This document shows, one piece after another, positions 39,729-54,998 of a stretch of DNA of 64,000 bases (positions within the stretch are counted from its first letter, which is position 1; every line of letters starts with the position of its first letter). The stretch comes from the human T2T-CHM13v2.0 reference genome, Homo sapiens. Position numbers and translations under genes: made by a program. The stretch is taken from assembly GCF_009914755.1 (NCBI RefSeq), contig NC_060927.1, one strand, 5' to 3'. The notes beneath the pieces were generated by a model. It ran no database searches. It saw only the letters and a program-made list of their open reading frames with translations, and was not told where the DNA came from.

Positions 39729-42255
39729 CTGAAAGGAGAAGGGGGTTCAGTAGGAACAATTTCAGTTTCCCCTTTGCTAAGCATTCCCAAAATGCCCATC
39801 TCTGATGTCCCTGCCTCTCCATAAAACCACCCAGTACACCAGGCCACAAAGACAGACATGTAAACGAAGACGATGTCACCTTTCATGTCTGTGACTGGAG
39901 ATGCTGAGACCACAGGTGCCCAGGCTAGAGTATCCATTTACTGAAAAACCCCCACTTGACCCCTGAGGGCTTGCATTGTCTAACAAGGTCATGCCTATTA
40001 TTCATTATTATTTATCTTTTTCCTGTGTCCTACAGTGAAAGTTCTAGAGAGCCTCCAGAACACAGGAGAGGAAGAGTTGTTTATCTAAACACATAGGAGA
40101 ATAAGAACAGGGGAAGATTTAGAGCCTCAAGGCTTTGGGAAGGAGTGGTGAAAAAGGGAGTTGGAATATTATAGACCAAATACTAAGTGAGGTGAACTTT
40201 TCAGGGTCCTAGGGCATTTTGAATTTCCTGTTGCCTATAATAGTTTTATCACCTCCCCACACATATACATTCTATTGTCATACAGTGGTTATTAGCAGCC
40301 TTAAGCAATGTAGTAGAGGAATCAGTCTCTTTATGAAAATTTAGGTGCCAGAAGTGCTACAGATCAGAATTTGTTGTCCTTTATGGAGGTAACACAAGGC
40401 TCAATCTTCATATTACCCACTCCTCCAGTGGGGTCTGGGCTGCATTCCCTAATAAAAATTATTTATATTTCCATAGGGAGAAAAACACACATTCTCAGAA
40501 GGTGACCTAATGAGAGACTTCGAATGGCCTCCACCAATCCAAGGTCAGCTCAGGAAGGGGACGGAGCCTTCAGGACCTGCTCCACATTGCTGTGGAGCTC
40601 CTCCCTCTCCTCCCTCTACACATCCTCATTCTCACCAAGATTTCCTTAAGTTTTTCGTAAAATGTCTTTCACGTATCTACTCTACTTCACCTTCCTGAGA
40701 GCAGTTATATCAGACTCTCATCACTCATGCCTGGCTTCATACAGTCTCCCTAACTGCCTTCTCTGATTCTGCCATCTCTGTACTGGCAGTTGTCTCACCA
40801 GTTTTATCACCCTGTTCTTATCACATTCCCACTCACTTCTGAAAACTTTCTCTCCACTGCCCACTACATGACTCTCACCCCCCACCCTGCCTTTGTGCTC
40901 CTTCTAACTTCTGGCTGATATTCTCATCCAATACCCCTTCCTACCACTCCCTCATACAAATTATCTGCTGGAGTCAGGATGGCCCCTCACTGGCCCCAGC
41001 CCTGCACTGGGTGCCTTCCAGCCTCTGGTCTTTGTCCACAAGCCCTACTCTCGGCTTGGTGTGACCTCCATAGTTACTCAGGACACAGTTTACTAATCAT
41101 CACCCATCAGTCACTGAGGACATCAGTAAGATTTAATGATAGTTTATATTGGGCTGACAGGGAAAACATCTTGAAACAGCAAATCTGGTTGGTAAAGACT
41201 GTTCAAACGCAGGTCTCCCCATTCTTGTCCTCTGCATTTGGACAAAAATCAAGCTCTAGGAATGTTATTAATCATCACTACTTAATTTCATCATGTCATT
41301 TTATCACTATTTTTCAGACTACTGAGTCTTATTAAACTTATACTTTGAATATTCCTAGAATTTGCACAAGAAAAGATAAAATATTTTCTCAAACTTCTGA
41401 AGTACTGTACATTTTATTAGTTGGGCAGGTAGGGAAAAGCCCCCAATAAAAGATCAAGTTATAATTTAGGTTGTCTTCTCACTGATTCTACCAATGTTTT
41501 CCCTGCCGAGAGAGGATGCGGCAGAGCTGACCTCCTGTGTCACTGCTGCTGGGGTCAAGGCTGTGCCCTATACACACTATTCACACATAGTGTGTGAACC
41601 CACACACAGGATACATCCTTGTACAGTCTGCATGGTGCATTCATTCATCCCAATCATCTGAAAAGAAGCATTTGGCCTCTCTAGCCCATGTTTCATGATG
41701 CCCTGGCAGGGCCGTCCCACACTGCACACATCACACTTCTGAGACATGTGTCTGAGCATTTCCCTTCCTCCTCAGAGGAGCCCCATCTTGGCTGCGGTGT
41801 TTCTGAGGCAGAGCCCCACAGCTTTACCAGAACAGCCCAATTCAGAGCAGAACCTCTGAGGACAGGGGGTGGAGGACAGCAGGACCTTTCTGCTCCTGAC
41901 TTTCCAGGGAGAGCCTACTGGAGCTGGATTTCCCCGTGGAGGGACTGGAGGAGGTGCTGGCTCTGGGGACAGACAAAGTGCACAAGGTTTTCTTTTTGTT
42001 TGTTTTAATTATACTTTAAGTTATAGGGTACATGTGAACAACGTGCAGGTTTGTTACATATGTATACATGTGCCATGTTGGTGTGCTGCACCAATTAACT
42101 GGTCATTTACATTAGGTATATCTCCTAATGCTATCCGTCCCCCCTCTCCCCACCCCACGACCGACCCCAGTGTGTGATATTCCTCTTCCTGTGACCAGGT
42201 GTTCTCATTGTTCAATTCCCACCTATGAGTGAGAACATGCAGTGTTTGGTTTTTT

Positions 42256-43100
42256 TTTTTGTTTGTTTGGTTTTTTTTTAGTGCCATATTGTCTTTATTG
42301 TGGTGGTCTGGAATCCAACCTGCGATGTCTCCCAGGTTATGCCTGTAATGGAATGATCATCCTCAGAAACTGAGTCAAAGATTGGGAAGGCTACCTCTGA
42401 TCATTTCTCGATGCAGTAAGTGAAGGTGATTCAAGATGAAGCTAGGAATTAAATTCCTCTTTCTTCTTATCCTGCACTTTCAGCTTCTTCTCCATGCAAA
42501 GCTGTCTTTAGGGGCCCAGTGCATAGAAGGCCACATAAGAGAGTTCACACAGGCCCCGGCACTGGATGAGGGTTCTCAGGTCAAGACAGGCAACAGATGC
42601 GGATAAGTCCATATTGGGGCAGGTGGATGGACGACCACTAAAGAGGGGTGAGTCAGTACCAAATGGCTGGGAATGAGTGGTTCACAGTGGGTCTCATTCC
42701 CTCCATGCGTCCTTTGCACACCATCGTGGGCTCCATGAGAACGCAAAGGAGCCTTTTGCACTCCCCAGGTCCGTCCTCCGTCCTTCCCTTGCTGTTGTCA
42801 TGGTGTCCTCTTTTTTTTTCTTTATTTTTATTATTATACTTTAAGTTTTAGGGTACATGTGCACATTGTGCAGGTTAGTTACATATGTATACATGTGCCA
42901 TGCTGGTGCGCTGCACCCATTAACTCGTCATCTAGCATTAGGTATACCTCCCAATGCTATCCCTCCCCCCTCCCCCCACCTCACAACAGTCCCCAGAGTG
43001 TGATGTTCCCCTTCCTGTGTCCATGTGATCTCACTGTTCAATTCCCACCTATGAGTGAGAATATGTGGTGTTTGGTTTTTTGTTCTTGCGATAGTTTACT
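42256..43100 (-). mobile_element. 5'-truncated L1PA2-like element (42810-43100) with a ~530-bp 3' transduction (42280-42809) and second poly(A)
   Basis: 17-bp TSD GCAGTGTTTGGTTTTTT at 42239-42255 and 43101-43117. Two A tails. AATAAA at 42294-42299. L1PA2-type diagnostics (gagatcacatgg, gctagatgac, cagcgcaccagc). Confidence 0.9.
42280..42345 (-). mobile_element. Tigger1 terminal fragment inside the transduced segment
   Basis: Minus strand TA|CAGGCATAACCTGGGAGACATCGCAGGTTGGATTCCAGACCACCACAATAAAG matches the recalled Tigger1 terminus. Confidence 0.75.
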
Positions 43101-44427
43101 GCAGTGTTTGGTTTTTTGTCCCTGCAATAGTTTGCTGAGAATGATAGTTTCAAGCTTCATCCATGTCCCTACAAAGGACATGAACTCATCATTTTTTATG
43201 GCTGCATAGTATTCCATGGTGTATATGTGCCACATTCTCTTAATCCAGTCTATCATTGATGGACATTTGGGTTGGTTCCAAGTCTTTGCTATTGTGAATA
43301 GTGCTGCAATAAACATAAGTGTGCATGTGTCTTTATAGCAGCATGATTTATAATCCTTTGGGTATACACCCAGTAATGGGATGGCTGGGTCAAATGGTAT
43401 TTCTAGTTCTAGATCCTTGAGGAATTGCCACACTATCTTCCACAATGGTTGAACCAGTTTACAGTCCCACCAACAGTGTAAAAGTCTTCCTATTTCTCCA
43501 CATCCTCTCCAGCACCTGTTGTTTCCTCACTTTTTAATGATTGCCATTCTAACTGGTGTGAGATGGTATCTCATTGTGGTTTTGATTTGCATTTCTCTGA
43601 TGGCCAGTGATGATGAGCATTTTTTCATGTGTCTGTTGGCTGCATAAATGTCTTCTTTTGAGAAGTATCTGTTCATATCCTTGGCCCACTTTTTGATGGG
43701 GTTGTTTTTTTCTTGTAAATTTGTTTGATTTCATTGTAGATTCTGGATATTAGCCCTTTGTCAGATGAGTAGATTGCAAAAATTTTCTCCCATTCTGTAG
43801 TTTGCCTGTTCACTCTGATGGTAGTTTCTTTTGCTGTGCAGAAGCTCTTTAGTTTAATTAGATCCCATTTGTCAATTTTGGCTTCTGTTGCCATTGCTTT
43901 TGGTGTTTTAGACATGAAGTCCTTACCCATGCCTATGTCCTGAATGGTATTGCCTAGGTTTTCTACTAGGGTTTTTATGGTTTTAGGTCTAACATTTAAG
44001 TCTTTAATCCATCTTGAAATAATTTTTGTATAAGGTGTAAGGAAGGGATCCAGTTTCAGCTTTCTACACATGGCTAGCCAGTTTTCCCAGCACCATTTAT
44101 TAAATAGGGAATCCTTTCCCCATTTCTTGTTTTTGTCAGGTTTGTCAAAGATCAGATGTTTGTAGATGTGTGGCATTTCTGAGGGCTCTGTTCTTTTCCA
44201 TTGGTCTACATCTCTGTTTTGGTACCAGTACCATGCTGTTTTGGTTACTATAGCATTGTAGTATTGTTTGAAGTCAGGTAGCATGATGCCTCCAGCTTTG
44301 TTCTTTTGGCTTAGTATTGTCTTGGCAATGCGGGCTCTTTTTTGGTTCCATATGAACTTTAGTTTTTTCCAATTCTGTGAAGAAAGTCATTGGTAGCTTG
44401 AAGGGGATGGCACGAATCTATAAATTA

Positions 44428-46421
<1,994 letters not shown>

Positions 46422-47927
46422 TCAGGGCTACAGGAGCTCTTTGTACCAGACTGGATGCTTTTCTGTTTAACTTGAAATTATTTCAAAATGATTTGAAATA
46501 ATTTTGAAATCAGGAAAAGGAAAAAGGGTGAGCACCCATCCAAGCTCAGCCCCTGAAAGAAGCCACTGCAGAGAAGTAGATGGAGACCGCGCTGTGAGAC
46601 CAATACTAGTCAGGCCATCACCTATGAGGCAAGTTAGGGATCTTGCTGAGCCTCAACACAGCCTTCAGCTCTAACATGGTGATGCCACCACCTACTTGGG
46701 AGTGTCCCTTGAGCACTGAATGGGCCAGAGACAAGCATAGACAGAGCTCACTTGGCAAGGGGCATGGCACACAACAGAGACAAGGTAAATGCGTATTTTC
46801 TCTGTATCATGAATCCCTGTGATCCTGAGAAAAGCCTTTGCTTCTTTGAACCTCAAGGAGAAACGGAAAACAGGAAACAGAATGATCCTAGCACAAAAGA
46901 CACTTACCCACGAAAACACAATCCAGGACCAATATGTTAATTGCTAATTTCATTAGAACATAGTGAGATATATTGGAGAGCATGACAGAGTTACTTGCTC
47001 CTACCGCAAGATGATTTGATGGGTAAAATGCTCAAAAATCCACATGCAACTCTCAGAACTCAAAAATATCGAATGAGTGAGAAGAAATGAAAATTGGATT
47101 TTTTCTCCACACAACCTGTGAAGCTGCTGCCCCATAGGGTGCCCACTCAACAGGAAGGATCTTCTGGAGATCATGGGGATGGGAACCACATGGTTCCAAC
47201 CACATGATGGGCTTTGCTCATCAGTTAGGCCAGCACCTCATCAGGGACACTCATTGGTGATGGTTTACGTGACACTATGACACTGAGACCAGATACATGA
47301 TTGAAATTATAAACCCACACATGGAAAAAAATCACTGGTGCTCCACAGAGAATGAAAGCCGTGGCCATGCAGGCAGGATGGGACACTAGCCTGCTTCAGC
47401 TGGAGGGAAGTCACCTCAGAAGAAGTTAAGAATCTGGCCTGGGACATAGGAATCATGAAAACAGACCTCCAAAATAATTGGGCAAAACTGCCAGCACAAC
47501 TGGATGACCAGAGAATAGTGGAGGGTACTGTCCAGGAAATGCAATTAGCAACATACTTTCATCAAAGAGAGATGTCTTATCTTAAAGAAGGAGGTCTTTC
47601 ATACAAATGTCTTCAGCTGAGCTACAGGTGGCTGAACATTTGCAATTGCCCCTCACCATTCCCCCTCTCAGGCCTATCTTGATACCCACATCCCACTCTT
47701 GTGAGAAAGTGCCTGGTGACAACGGAGTCACCTAGGACAAGAGAAGAGGAAAGTTCCACCCATTGGATGTCTGTGTTTAAAACTGGATCCAAGAGCCAGA
47801 CTCAAGACAATCTAAGTACAAGGATGTCATGTCTTAGCCTGCACAAATTGCAGGAAACAAAAAAATAAACAGGCTGCCTGGAAGGGAGACAAGTAGAGCT
47901 TTATGACCTTTGGGATGAAGTACTCAC

Positions 47928-48104
47928 AGACTACATCCATAGCAAAGCAGGTGAGCTGTTCCTCCAATAAGCACAAGGTGCTACTTACTGTAAGCCTGGT
48001 GGCAGTCACATAGGTCATATTCAATTGAAGGAGTCAAGTAACTTTCATCCAGTGCGTCCTCTGAGACATCGAGTTCTTCCATCTCCAGCAGCTGCCTGCT
48101 GGGC
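47928..48104 (-). pseudogene. NBPF Olduvai long exon (CON3-like), frameshifted
   Basis: ccaccag|GCCC...GTAGTCT|gtgagt. 177 bp = 173 plus a 4-bp duplication at 47982-47989. Peptide SEDALDESYLTPS...LEEQLTCFAMDV. Confidence 0.85.
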
Positions 48105-48740
48105 CTGGTGGATGAAGAAGACTGAAGATAAACACCAGAGGGAAGCAAAACCACAGTGCTCAGCTGGCTCTAAAGGGAGGCCTACAGGAGGGGCCAGAGG
48201 AAGGAAAGGGCAGGCCTCTCAGGGAGATAGAACAATCCTTCCCCATATGGGGCAGAAGAGAGAGAGCAGCAGGTGCTCGGTGCACTGAGCAGACAATGAG
48301 CTAAGGATGAAGGAGATGGAACGATCCCTGTACAAAACAGCCATGACACACAGTGCATGCAGAAGGACATCATGGTGCATTGAGCACTTTTGCATAAATT
48401 GTATTCATAGCAGCATGCAGTGGCCAAATGAACATGGGCTCTTGAGTCTTCCTAGACTCTTAGAGATATTGTATCCCCCACATCTCTTTTTCTCAATATT
48501 GTAGCAAGATATGAATTTTTTCATTCACTTTCATGCTATCAAATACTTGCACATATGGTAATGCCAAAGCACAGACATCAGATGTGCATTAAACAAAAAT
48601 TATTCAAAACAACTCATGTCTATGATTCCTGGGCACATTGATGACATCTCTAAGCCCCACTCTGGGGCTCAGGGTGCAAGGATTATGAGGTCTACCTGAG
48701 ACATCATTTGGATGTTTATCACATTCACAGTGGAGTACTC

Positions 48741-48913
48741 CTCCCCCATCAAGAGCCAAGCAAACTTGCTGTTTCTCAAATGAGTACAAGGTGCTTCTGT
48801 AAGACAGATGGGAGTCAGACAGGTCAGCAGGAATCAAAGGAGTCAAACAACATTCATCCCGTGGCTCTCAGGGGACTTCATGCTCTGCCACCTGTGGCAC
48901 CTCCCAGCTGAGA
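48741..48913 (-). pseudogene. NBPF Olduvai long exon with a stop codon and lost donor
   Basis: 173 bp. LSWEVPQVAEHEVP*EPRDECCLTP...STLYSFEKQQVCLALD. TGA at 48868-48870. Followed by gagtac instead of gtgagtac. Confidence 0.85.
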
Positions 48914-49386
48914 CTGGAGGGGTAGGAAGGTCTAAGGTTGATTCAAGGGGGTCAGGGACCAGAGTCCTAGATGGATTTGACAGAAGGCATAAGGCAACGG
49001 TTGCAGAAAGCAAAAGGGCTGACCTAATAAAAGGTACAAATTATTCTCTTCTTGGTGGGACAGAGTGTGGCTGCCGTGAGATAGTGAGAGAAAGAGAAAG
49101 ATAGAGAGATAGAGATGGCTCATGTTCAGCGAATTGCCCAGATTAGAAGTTCATGAGAAAAAAGAAGCAACATATTTTGACATAATATGGAGTTGGGGTT
49201 TTACTCAATTTTCTTCTCTTGTGGTCAAATACTTGCCAACATGCTGACACCTAACAGGTATCTCACCCTGGATTTAACCACACAGAAGAGGACAAGTGAT
49301 ATCAAAAAATCCATGAGTTTGGTGAGTTCACTTGGGTCAACTGATTGTAGGTTACTATGCTTGAGAGGGATTAAGCAATGGAAACC

Positions 49387-49573
49387 AGGCTAAGCAGGAG
49401 GATCACTTGAGCCAGGAAGGTCAAAGCTGCAGTGAACCATGATAGTAGCACTGTACTCCACCTGGATGACTGAGTGAAACCCTGTCAGGAAAGAAAGAAA
49501 AGAAAGGAAGGAGAAAAGAAAAGAAAAGAAAAGGAAGAAGGAAGGAAGGAGAAAGAAAGAAAGAGAGAGAGAG
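49387..49573 (+). mobile_element. AluJ/FRAM right-arm fragment with a GA-rich tail
   Basis: ggaggatcacttgagcc...gctgcagtgaaccatgat followed by (GAAA/GGAA)n. Confidence 0.85.
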
Positions 49574-49641
49574 ATTGAAATGCATATGAGTACCACAAGA
49601 AAAAAGAGATTGAAATGTATATGAGTACCACAAGAAAAAAG
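49571..49641. repeat. Tandem duplication, ~35-bp unit
   Basis: gagattgaaatg(c/t)atatgagtaccacaagaaaaaa twice. Confidence 0.9.
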
Positions 49642-49773
49642 AAAACATTGTTCAAAAGAATAACTTGTAGTTAACTGAATGGATAAAATAGTCCTATTCA
49701 TAAACTCCTATTTTTCCCTGATGTCATCCTAGAGATGTCACTATTGAACAACCAGCTCAAAAATCAGAGTTAC

Positions 49774-49825
49774 CTGGGGGACACTGGCTGTTTCCCGTCC
49801 TCTTCCTCATTATCATTTTGATTTT
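49774..49825 (-). pseudogene. NBPF Olduvai short exon (52 bp, intact)
   Basis: ttgcag|AAAATC...CCCCCAG|gtaact. Peptide ENQNDNEEEDGKQPVSP. Confidence 0.88.
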
Positions 49826-50865
49826 CTGCAAATAAATTCAGAAGAGAGGATCACATTAAGCAAATCATACTCCACACATGACCAAATTAGTGTCCAATCA
49901 TAACACAAGGGCATTAACATTCTCAGCATAAGAATATGGTATTCTTAGAGAAAAGGTCTAGGATGCCCTAGGTTAAGTCTTGGAAGAAGTAGATGAACCT
50001 GCTTTCCAGGCCCATGGGGCAGAATCTTCCTCTTCTGGTACATCATAATTGCATATTCTCTGGGCTGTGTCTGTTAAGCAGTTAAACAAAACATTTCCCC
50101 AAGATCTTCAGGAACTGGATTAACTACTTTCTAGAAGTGTTGCTACAATATTGACTTGTCTCTGTGGATGTCATGGTTGTTGAATGTTTAGAGGAATTTA
50201 TACACAAGACTGAAATGAAGGATAAATTCTAAAAATCCTCGCATAATAAAAAATATTCTACAGTGTTACACAGAAAAATTGGCCATTAGTAGGGTGGAGA
50301 ACTCAGGCCTCAGCTTGCTTTACGGGAACTTATAAGCAAGGCAAAGATAGAAGTGTTTATGTTCAGGTTTTGAGGTGAATGCTAAGCTAAGATTAGCCAA
50401 TTTAAAGATAAGCCAACTTAAAGGAGAATGGAGACTGCAGCTGAGAGCAATAAAACCAAGGTAATGACGTCCCCAAATCTAAAGGCAAGGCTGCCAATGA
50501 CCTTTGACAGGCATACTCCAAGGACATTGTTCAGGGACACAAATTACATCACTGCAGGAGACAAAAGACATTGGATCCAAGATAGGAGGTCTGACAGATG
50601 CCTCCTGTATACCTCCTGTACACAGGTGGGTATGAGTTTATCACACCTACTTGAGGTCCAATAACCTGATACTGGGGCCAGAGAGACTAAGGCATGACAT
50701 GGGCTGAGGAGGAGAGGGAAGCCCCCTGACCCACCTGATATCTGTGTTTAATATTTAATCCTACACTTCCTGATTCAAACCAACATGTATCTATAGGCCC
50801 TGTCCTCAGAGTTGAACTTTCTTAGCCTAGGCAGAGGTACAAAGGACAAAGAATATAGAGGCTAC

Positions 50866-51080
50866 ATGGGAGAATGTTTAGCACTTCCTCCTCCCCTTCA
50901 TAATGTGAAGATTCACTGCCTACATCCAGAGCAGAGTCGACTTTCTCTTCCTCAGGTGTGATTTTGGCACACCTCTGAGGCTGGTGGGAATCCGAAGAGT
51001 CATGGCAAATTGAGCAAGTGGCAGAATATTCCTCCAGTGAGTTCTAAGGGACTTCCTTTTCTTCAGCCTCCTGTACCTCC
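50866..51080 (-). pseudogene. NBPF Olduvai long exon (CON1-like) with lost acceptor and a stop codon
   Basis: EVQEAEEKEVP*NSLEEYSATCS... TAG at 51044-51046. The acceptor reads catcgg rather than catcag. Donor gtagcc is retained. Confidence 0.85.
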
Positions 51081-51920
51081 ACCGATGAGCCAGGTGGGAT
51101 AGAGATAACAGAGATGACAGAAGATTAAACCTGTTTTGACAGGAGGCATAAGTGAGTGGTCCCAAAAAGCAAAGGGGTGGTTCCCTTGAAGAGGGAACAG
51201 GCAATCCTCCTCTCTGCAACAGAGTGTGGCTGCCACAGGGGCCTGAGAAGAAGAGAGCAGCTGGAGCTCATTGCACTGGGCAGGTAGGATCTGAGGAGGG
51301 AGGAGACTCAGCTATCCCTGTATGGTGTAGATGTAACACACAGCACATGAAGAACCCTAACAGCTGCTACACCATGTGGCTCAGTTGGGTTGAATGTAAC
51401 ATACTATGGCCAAGAAAATACATGCTGAGCCATTGTAGACTCCAGAAATGGTGTGACTTCTAGGCCTTCTTCTTCTAATATTGTGATTTGAAAAGCGAGT
51501 ACTTTTGGTCTAGGTACTTTTCTTGGTACTTAACTTTGCCAGTTACTTCCTAATTCCTGTCCTTGTTAACTCTTTGCTGTTTATCTTAACTAATAAGAAC
51601 CTAATGACAACTATGTAGGAAGCAGATACGAAACTCCTCCTGGTTTTCACTACAGAAGAGAACGGGTCTCATCTGTGTGTGCAGGAAATCCCTAAGGCTG
51701 GTAAGTTCTCCTCAGGTCATGCTTCCAAGTACCACAAAGAAAACAGACAACCATGTCAACAGGGCTATTTCACTGTTGAGTGAGTGCACTAAATCAATAC
51801 AATCTGCAATTTTTTCCTTGCATCTAGAATCCATGACAACCTACACCTCTCTTGTCTTCTTTCTGAGGCCTTTTCCATATTTTACCTACCCATTACCAGC
51901 TCCTGATTATTCATTGTTAC

Positions 51921-51993
51921 CTGGAGGCAAGTGGTCCTTGGACTTTTTCAACTTTCTCATCTTTAGCATCTTCATTTCCAACTTCATCATTTT
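51921..51993 (-). pseudogene. NBPF acidic short exon (73 bp, intact)
   Basis: ttgcag|AAAATGATG...CTCCAG|gtaac. Peptide ENDEVGNEDAKDEKVEKVQ. Confidence 0.88.
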
Positions 51994-53032
51994 CTGCAAA
52001 CAAATGCAGTAGTGTCCATTCAGATATTTCCCACTTCACCCACTGCAAACACAGTCAGATATATGAGCACTGAGACATGAACATCTATGTACAAGTCAGT
52101 GTTGCACTGAAAGCCCTCGTGTTTCATCTTTAGCTCTCACGTTTTTTGCCCTGGCAATGTGGTTCTAATCTGGAGAACCACCATCATGACATGGGAACAA
52201 ATTAAAAAGGCCTTTTTCCCCTCATATCACTGGAGCCTTGTCCATCTTCTCTCTGGACTTCAGCAGCTGTCTTCCCCTTCTGGCCGCAGATCTGATTCCC
52301 AGGCACAGACTCCACATCCCCTCACAGCTCTCACTAAAACCTATTTCTTTCTCTTAGGAAATGACAAACAACCCTGTCACCCACCACTCCATACATCAGG
52401 GGACTTCAAAGACCCTTCAAGTAGCTTCTGCTGTGTTGTCCCGGAAAATTCTCTCTATGAAGAGTGTTCCAGTCTTAACAACTTTCCTAACACCACATGC
52501 TACCACATCAACTACCTTATCTAACATCACACAGTGAGGGTCTTTGCCTTATTCTGAAATTCATTCATGTGTGTTCCCACATTTGAATGCTGTATCTACC
52601 ATGCAGGAGATAATTTGTCCCCATTTCCAGTTAGACACAGACATTCAGGAAGGATAAATCACTGGCCCACAGTTACTAAGACATTGCTGCGAATAGAGCC
52701 TGGGAACTTCCATTCTTAGTCCAGGGCTCGCTCCACTCTTACAAGCTGCTTCCTGTCATATCCTCCTTCCTGTCCTTTAAAACTGGATGGATGATGCTTC
52801 TTGCTCCAAAGGCCAGTTCCATCAAGGAGGAAGGAGGATTTTGCCATACTGTGACCTCCAACCCATGGGTTTCTCATCTCTCTTCCTACACAGGAAGTCC
52901 TGGTCATGTCATGGTACTAATGCCTAGTGGAAAGAAAGACCACCAATAAAATTGTCATTATGCAGGTGTGGAGGTCTGGAGTCTTCTCATAAGCCTAGGA
53001 TTTTGCATCATCAGGGCCTGTGACTGCCTTAC

Positions 53033-53254
53033 CTGGGCTGAGCTTGCGGACAAGGCACTCTGCCAGCCTGCGCCCCTCGCCCCTCAGCCAGCTGCTCTCG
53101 GAGGTCCTGCCCCTGGTGGTTGTCAGGGTCATCATCAGTGAGAAGGGCCTTCAGATGCTGATTGAGTAAGAGGGAGGCATCTCTCCCTTCCCATAACTTC
53201 TTCCTTAACTGGGTCAGCTCTCACACCTGAGAGTGAACTAGGGCTTTGTATCAC
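53033..53254 (-). pseudogene. NBPF coiled-coil exon 3 with two stops and a frameshift
   Basis: [25 protein letters not shown]...[15 protein letters not shown] at 53251-53253 and 53221-53223. 7-bp duplication at 53072-53085. Splice sites intact. Confidence 0.9.
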
Positions 53255-53410
53255 CTAAGGTAGGATAGTAGAGAAAATATAAGAGTGGAGAGGGATCAGT
53301 GATCAGTTCTAAGAATTGCAACAGAGATTTATGTGAGAATATCCTCAAGAAGCCCTCCAAGCAGAATTTTAGCACAGTTTTGGGGAAATGGCTCTGACAA
53401 ACAGAAAAAG

Positions 53411-53749
<339 letters not shown>

Positions 53750-54042
53750 TAAGATTCCTCAACATTCAACTTTTTCCTGTGTAAAGAAAACTAGATTTCT
53801 TCCCAAATTTGTTTCAGAAAATTGTCCCTTTAGTTCCTCATTACATGGACATTTCCATGTAAAAATAGCACACATAGCACAATATGCAGTGACTGGACAC
53901 AAAGCCACACATAGAAATGTGGCCAAGTACAGCTGAGGTTATTCAGAGAGATGAAAGAATGAAAGAATGACAGGGTCAAGATAATAACATTCAAATGAAT
54001 GAAAGAATGAGAAGCCAGTAAGTCAGGAGGTGATTCTAACTA

Positions 54043-54575
54043 AGGATAAAGAAAATATGGTACTTATTTACAATGGAGTGCTATGCAGCCATAAAAAAGA
54101 ATAAGAGCCTGTTATTTGCAGCAACATGGATGAAACTGGAGGTCATTATGCAAAGTGAAATTAGCCAGGCAAAGAAAGACAAACATCGCATGGTGTCACT
54201 TATTTGTGGGATCTAAAAATCAAAACAATTGAACTCATGGTGATAGAGAGTAGAGGGATAGTCACCCGAGGCGGGGAAGCATAGTGGGAGCTGAGGTTAT
54301 GGGGGTGGTTAATGTGTACAAAAAAAATAGAATGAATGAGACCTAGTATTTGATAGCACAACAGTGTGATGATAGCTAATAATATAATTGTACATTTAAA
54401 AATAACTAAGAGTATAATCAATTGTAACATAAACAACAAATTCTTGAGGGGATAGACACTCCATTTTATGCGATGTCATTATTATCCATTGTATGCCTAT
54501 ACCAAAATATCTCAGGCACTCCATAAATATGTACTCCTACTATGTACCCACAAACATTAAAATAAAACATTTAGA
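54043..54575 (+). mobile_element. L1MA 3' end fragment
   Basis: Same 3' UTR type as 10400-10945 (tttgtgggatctaaaaatcaaaacaattg). Confidence 0.88.
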
Positions 54576-54895
54576 AAGAGAAAATGTAGTGGTGATTGCA
54601 CAATATTTTGAATGTACTAAATGCTGCTGAGTTGTTCACTTTCCTTTGGTTAATTTTGTGTTTTACAAATTTTGCCTCGATAATTACTTGTTCCGAGTAA
54701 CAACTGTAGCCCATAATTTACTAGCATTGTTGTTCTGTAATTGTTTTATAAATGTTTGCACGACATGTGCCTGCTACGTAAATTCCTGCTCTTCTCCTGG
54801 CCCAGGTTAGCTCTTATTTCTCCAGCTGAGCTGCCCCGCTTCCGAGACTCACACACCTTTCACCTGCCTGCCCCACCACACAGAGCCTCCCTCAC

Positions 54896-54998
54896 CTGAG
54901 CTCCTCAGCTTGTGTCGACTTCTCTGCCAGCTTCTCCTCCTTGAACTGCATCTTCTCCCCCAGCTGAGATTCTGTGATGCCTTTGTGCTCCTCACACT
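54896..54998 (-). pseudogene. NBPF coiled-coil exon 2 (103 bp, intact)
   Basis: ttcttag|AGTGTG...CTCAG|gtgag. Peptide CEEHKGITESQLGEKMQFKEEKLAEKSTQAEELR. Confidence 0.9.

Noticed and set aside
46475-46504. 13-bp stem hairpin
   Set aside because: Almost pure A/T and internally repetitive; likely chance or slippage.
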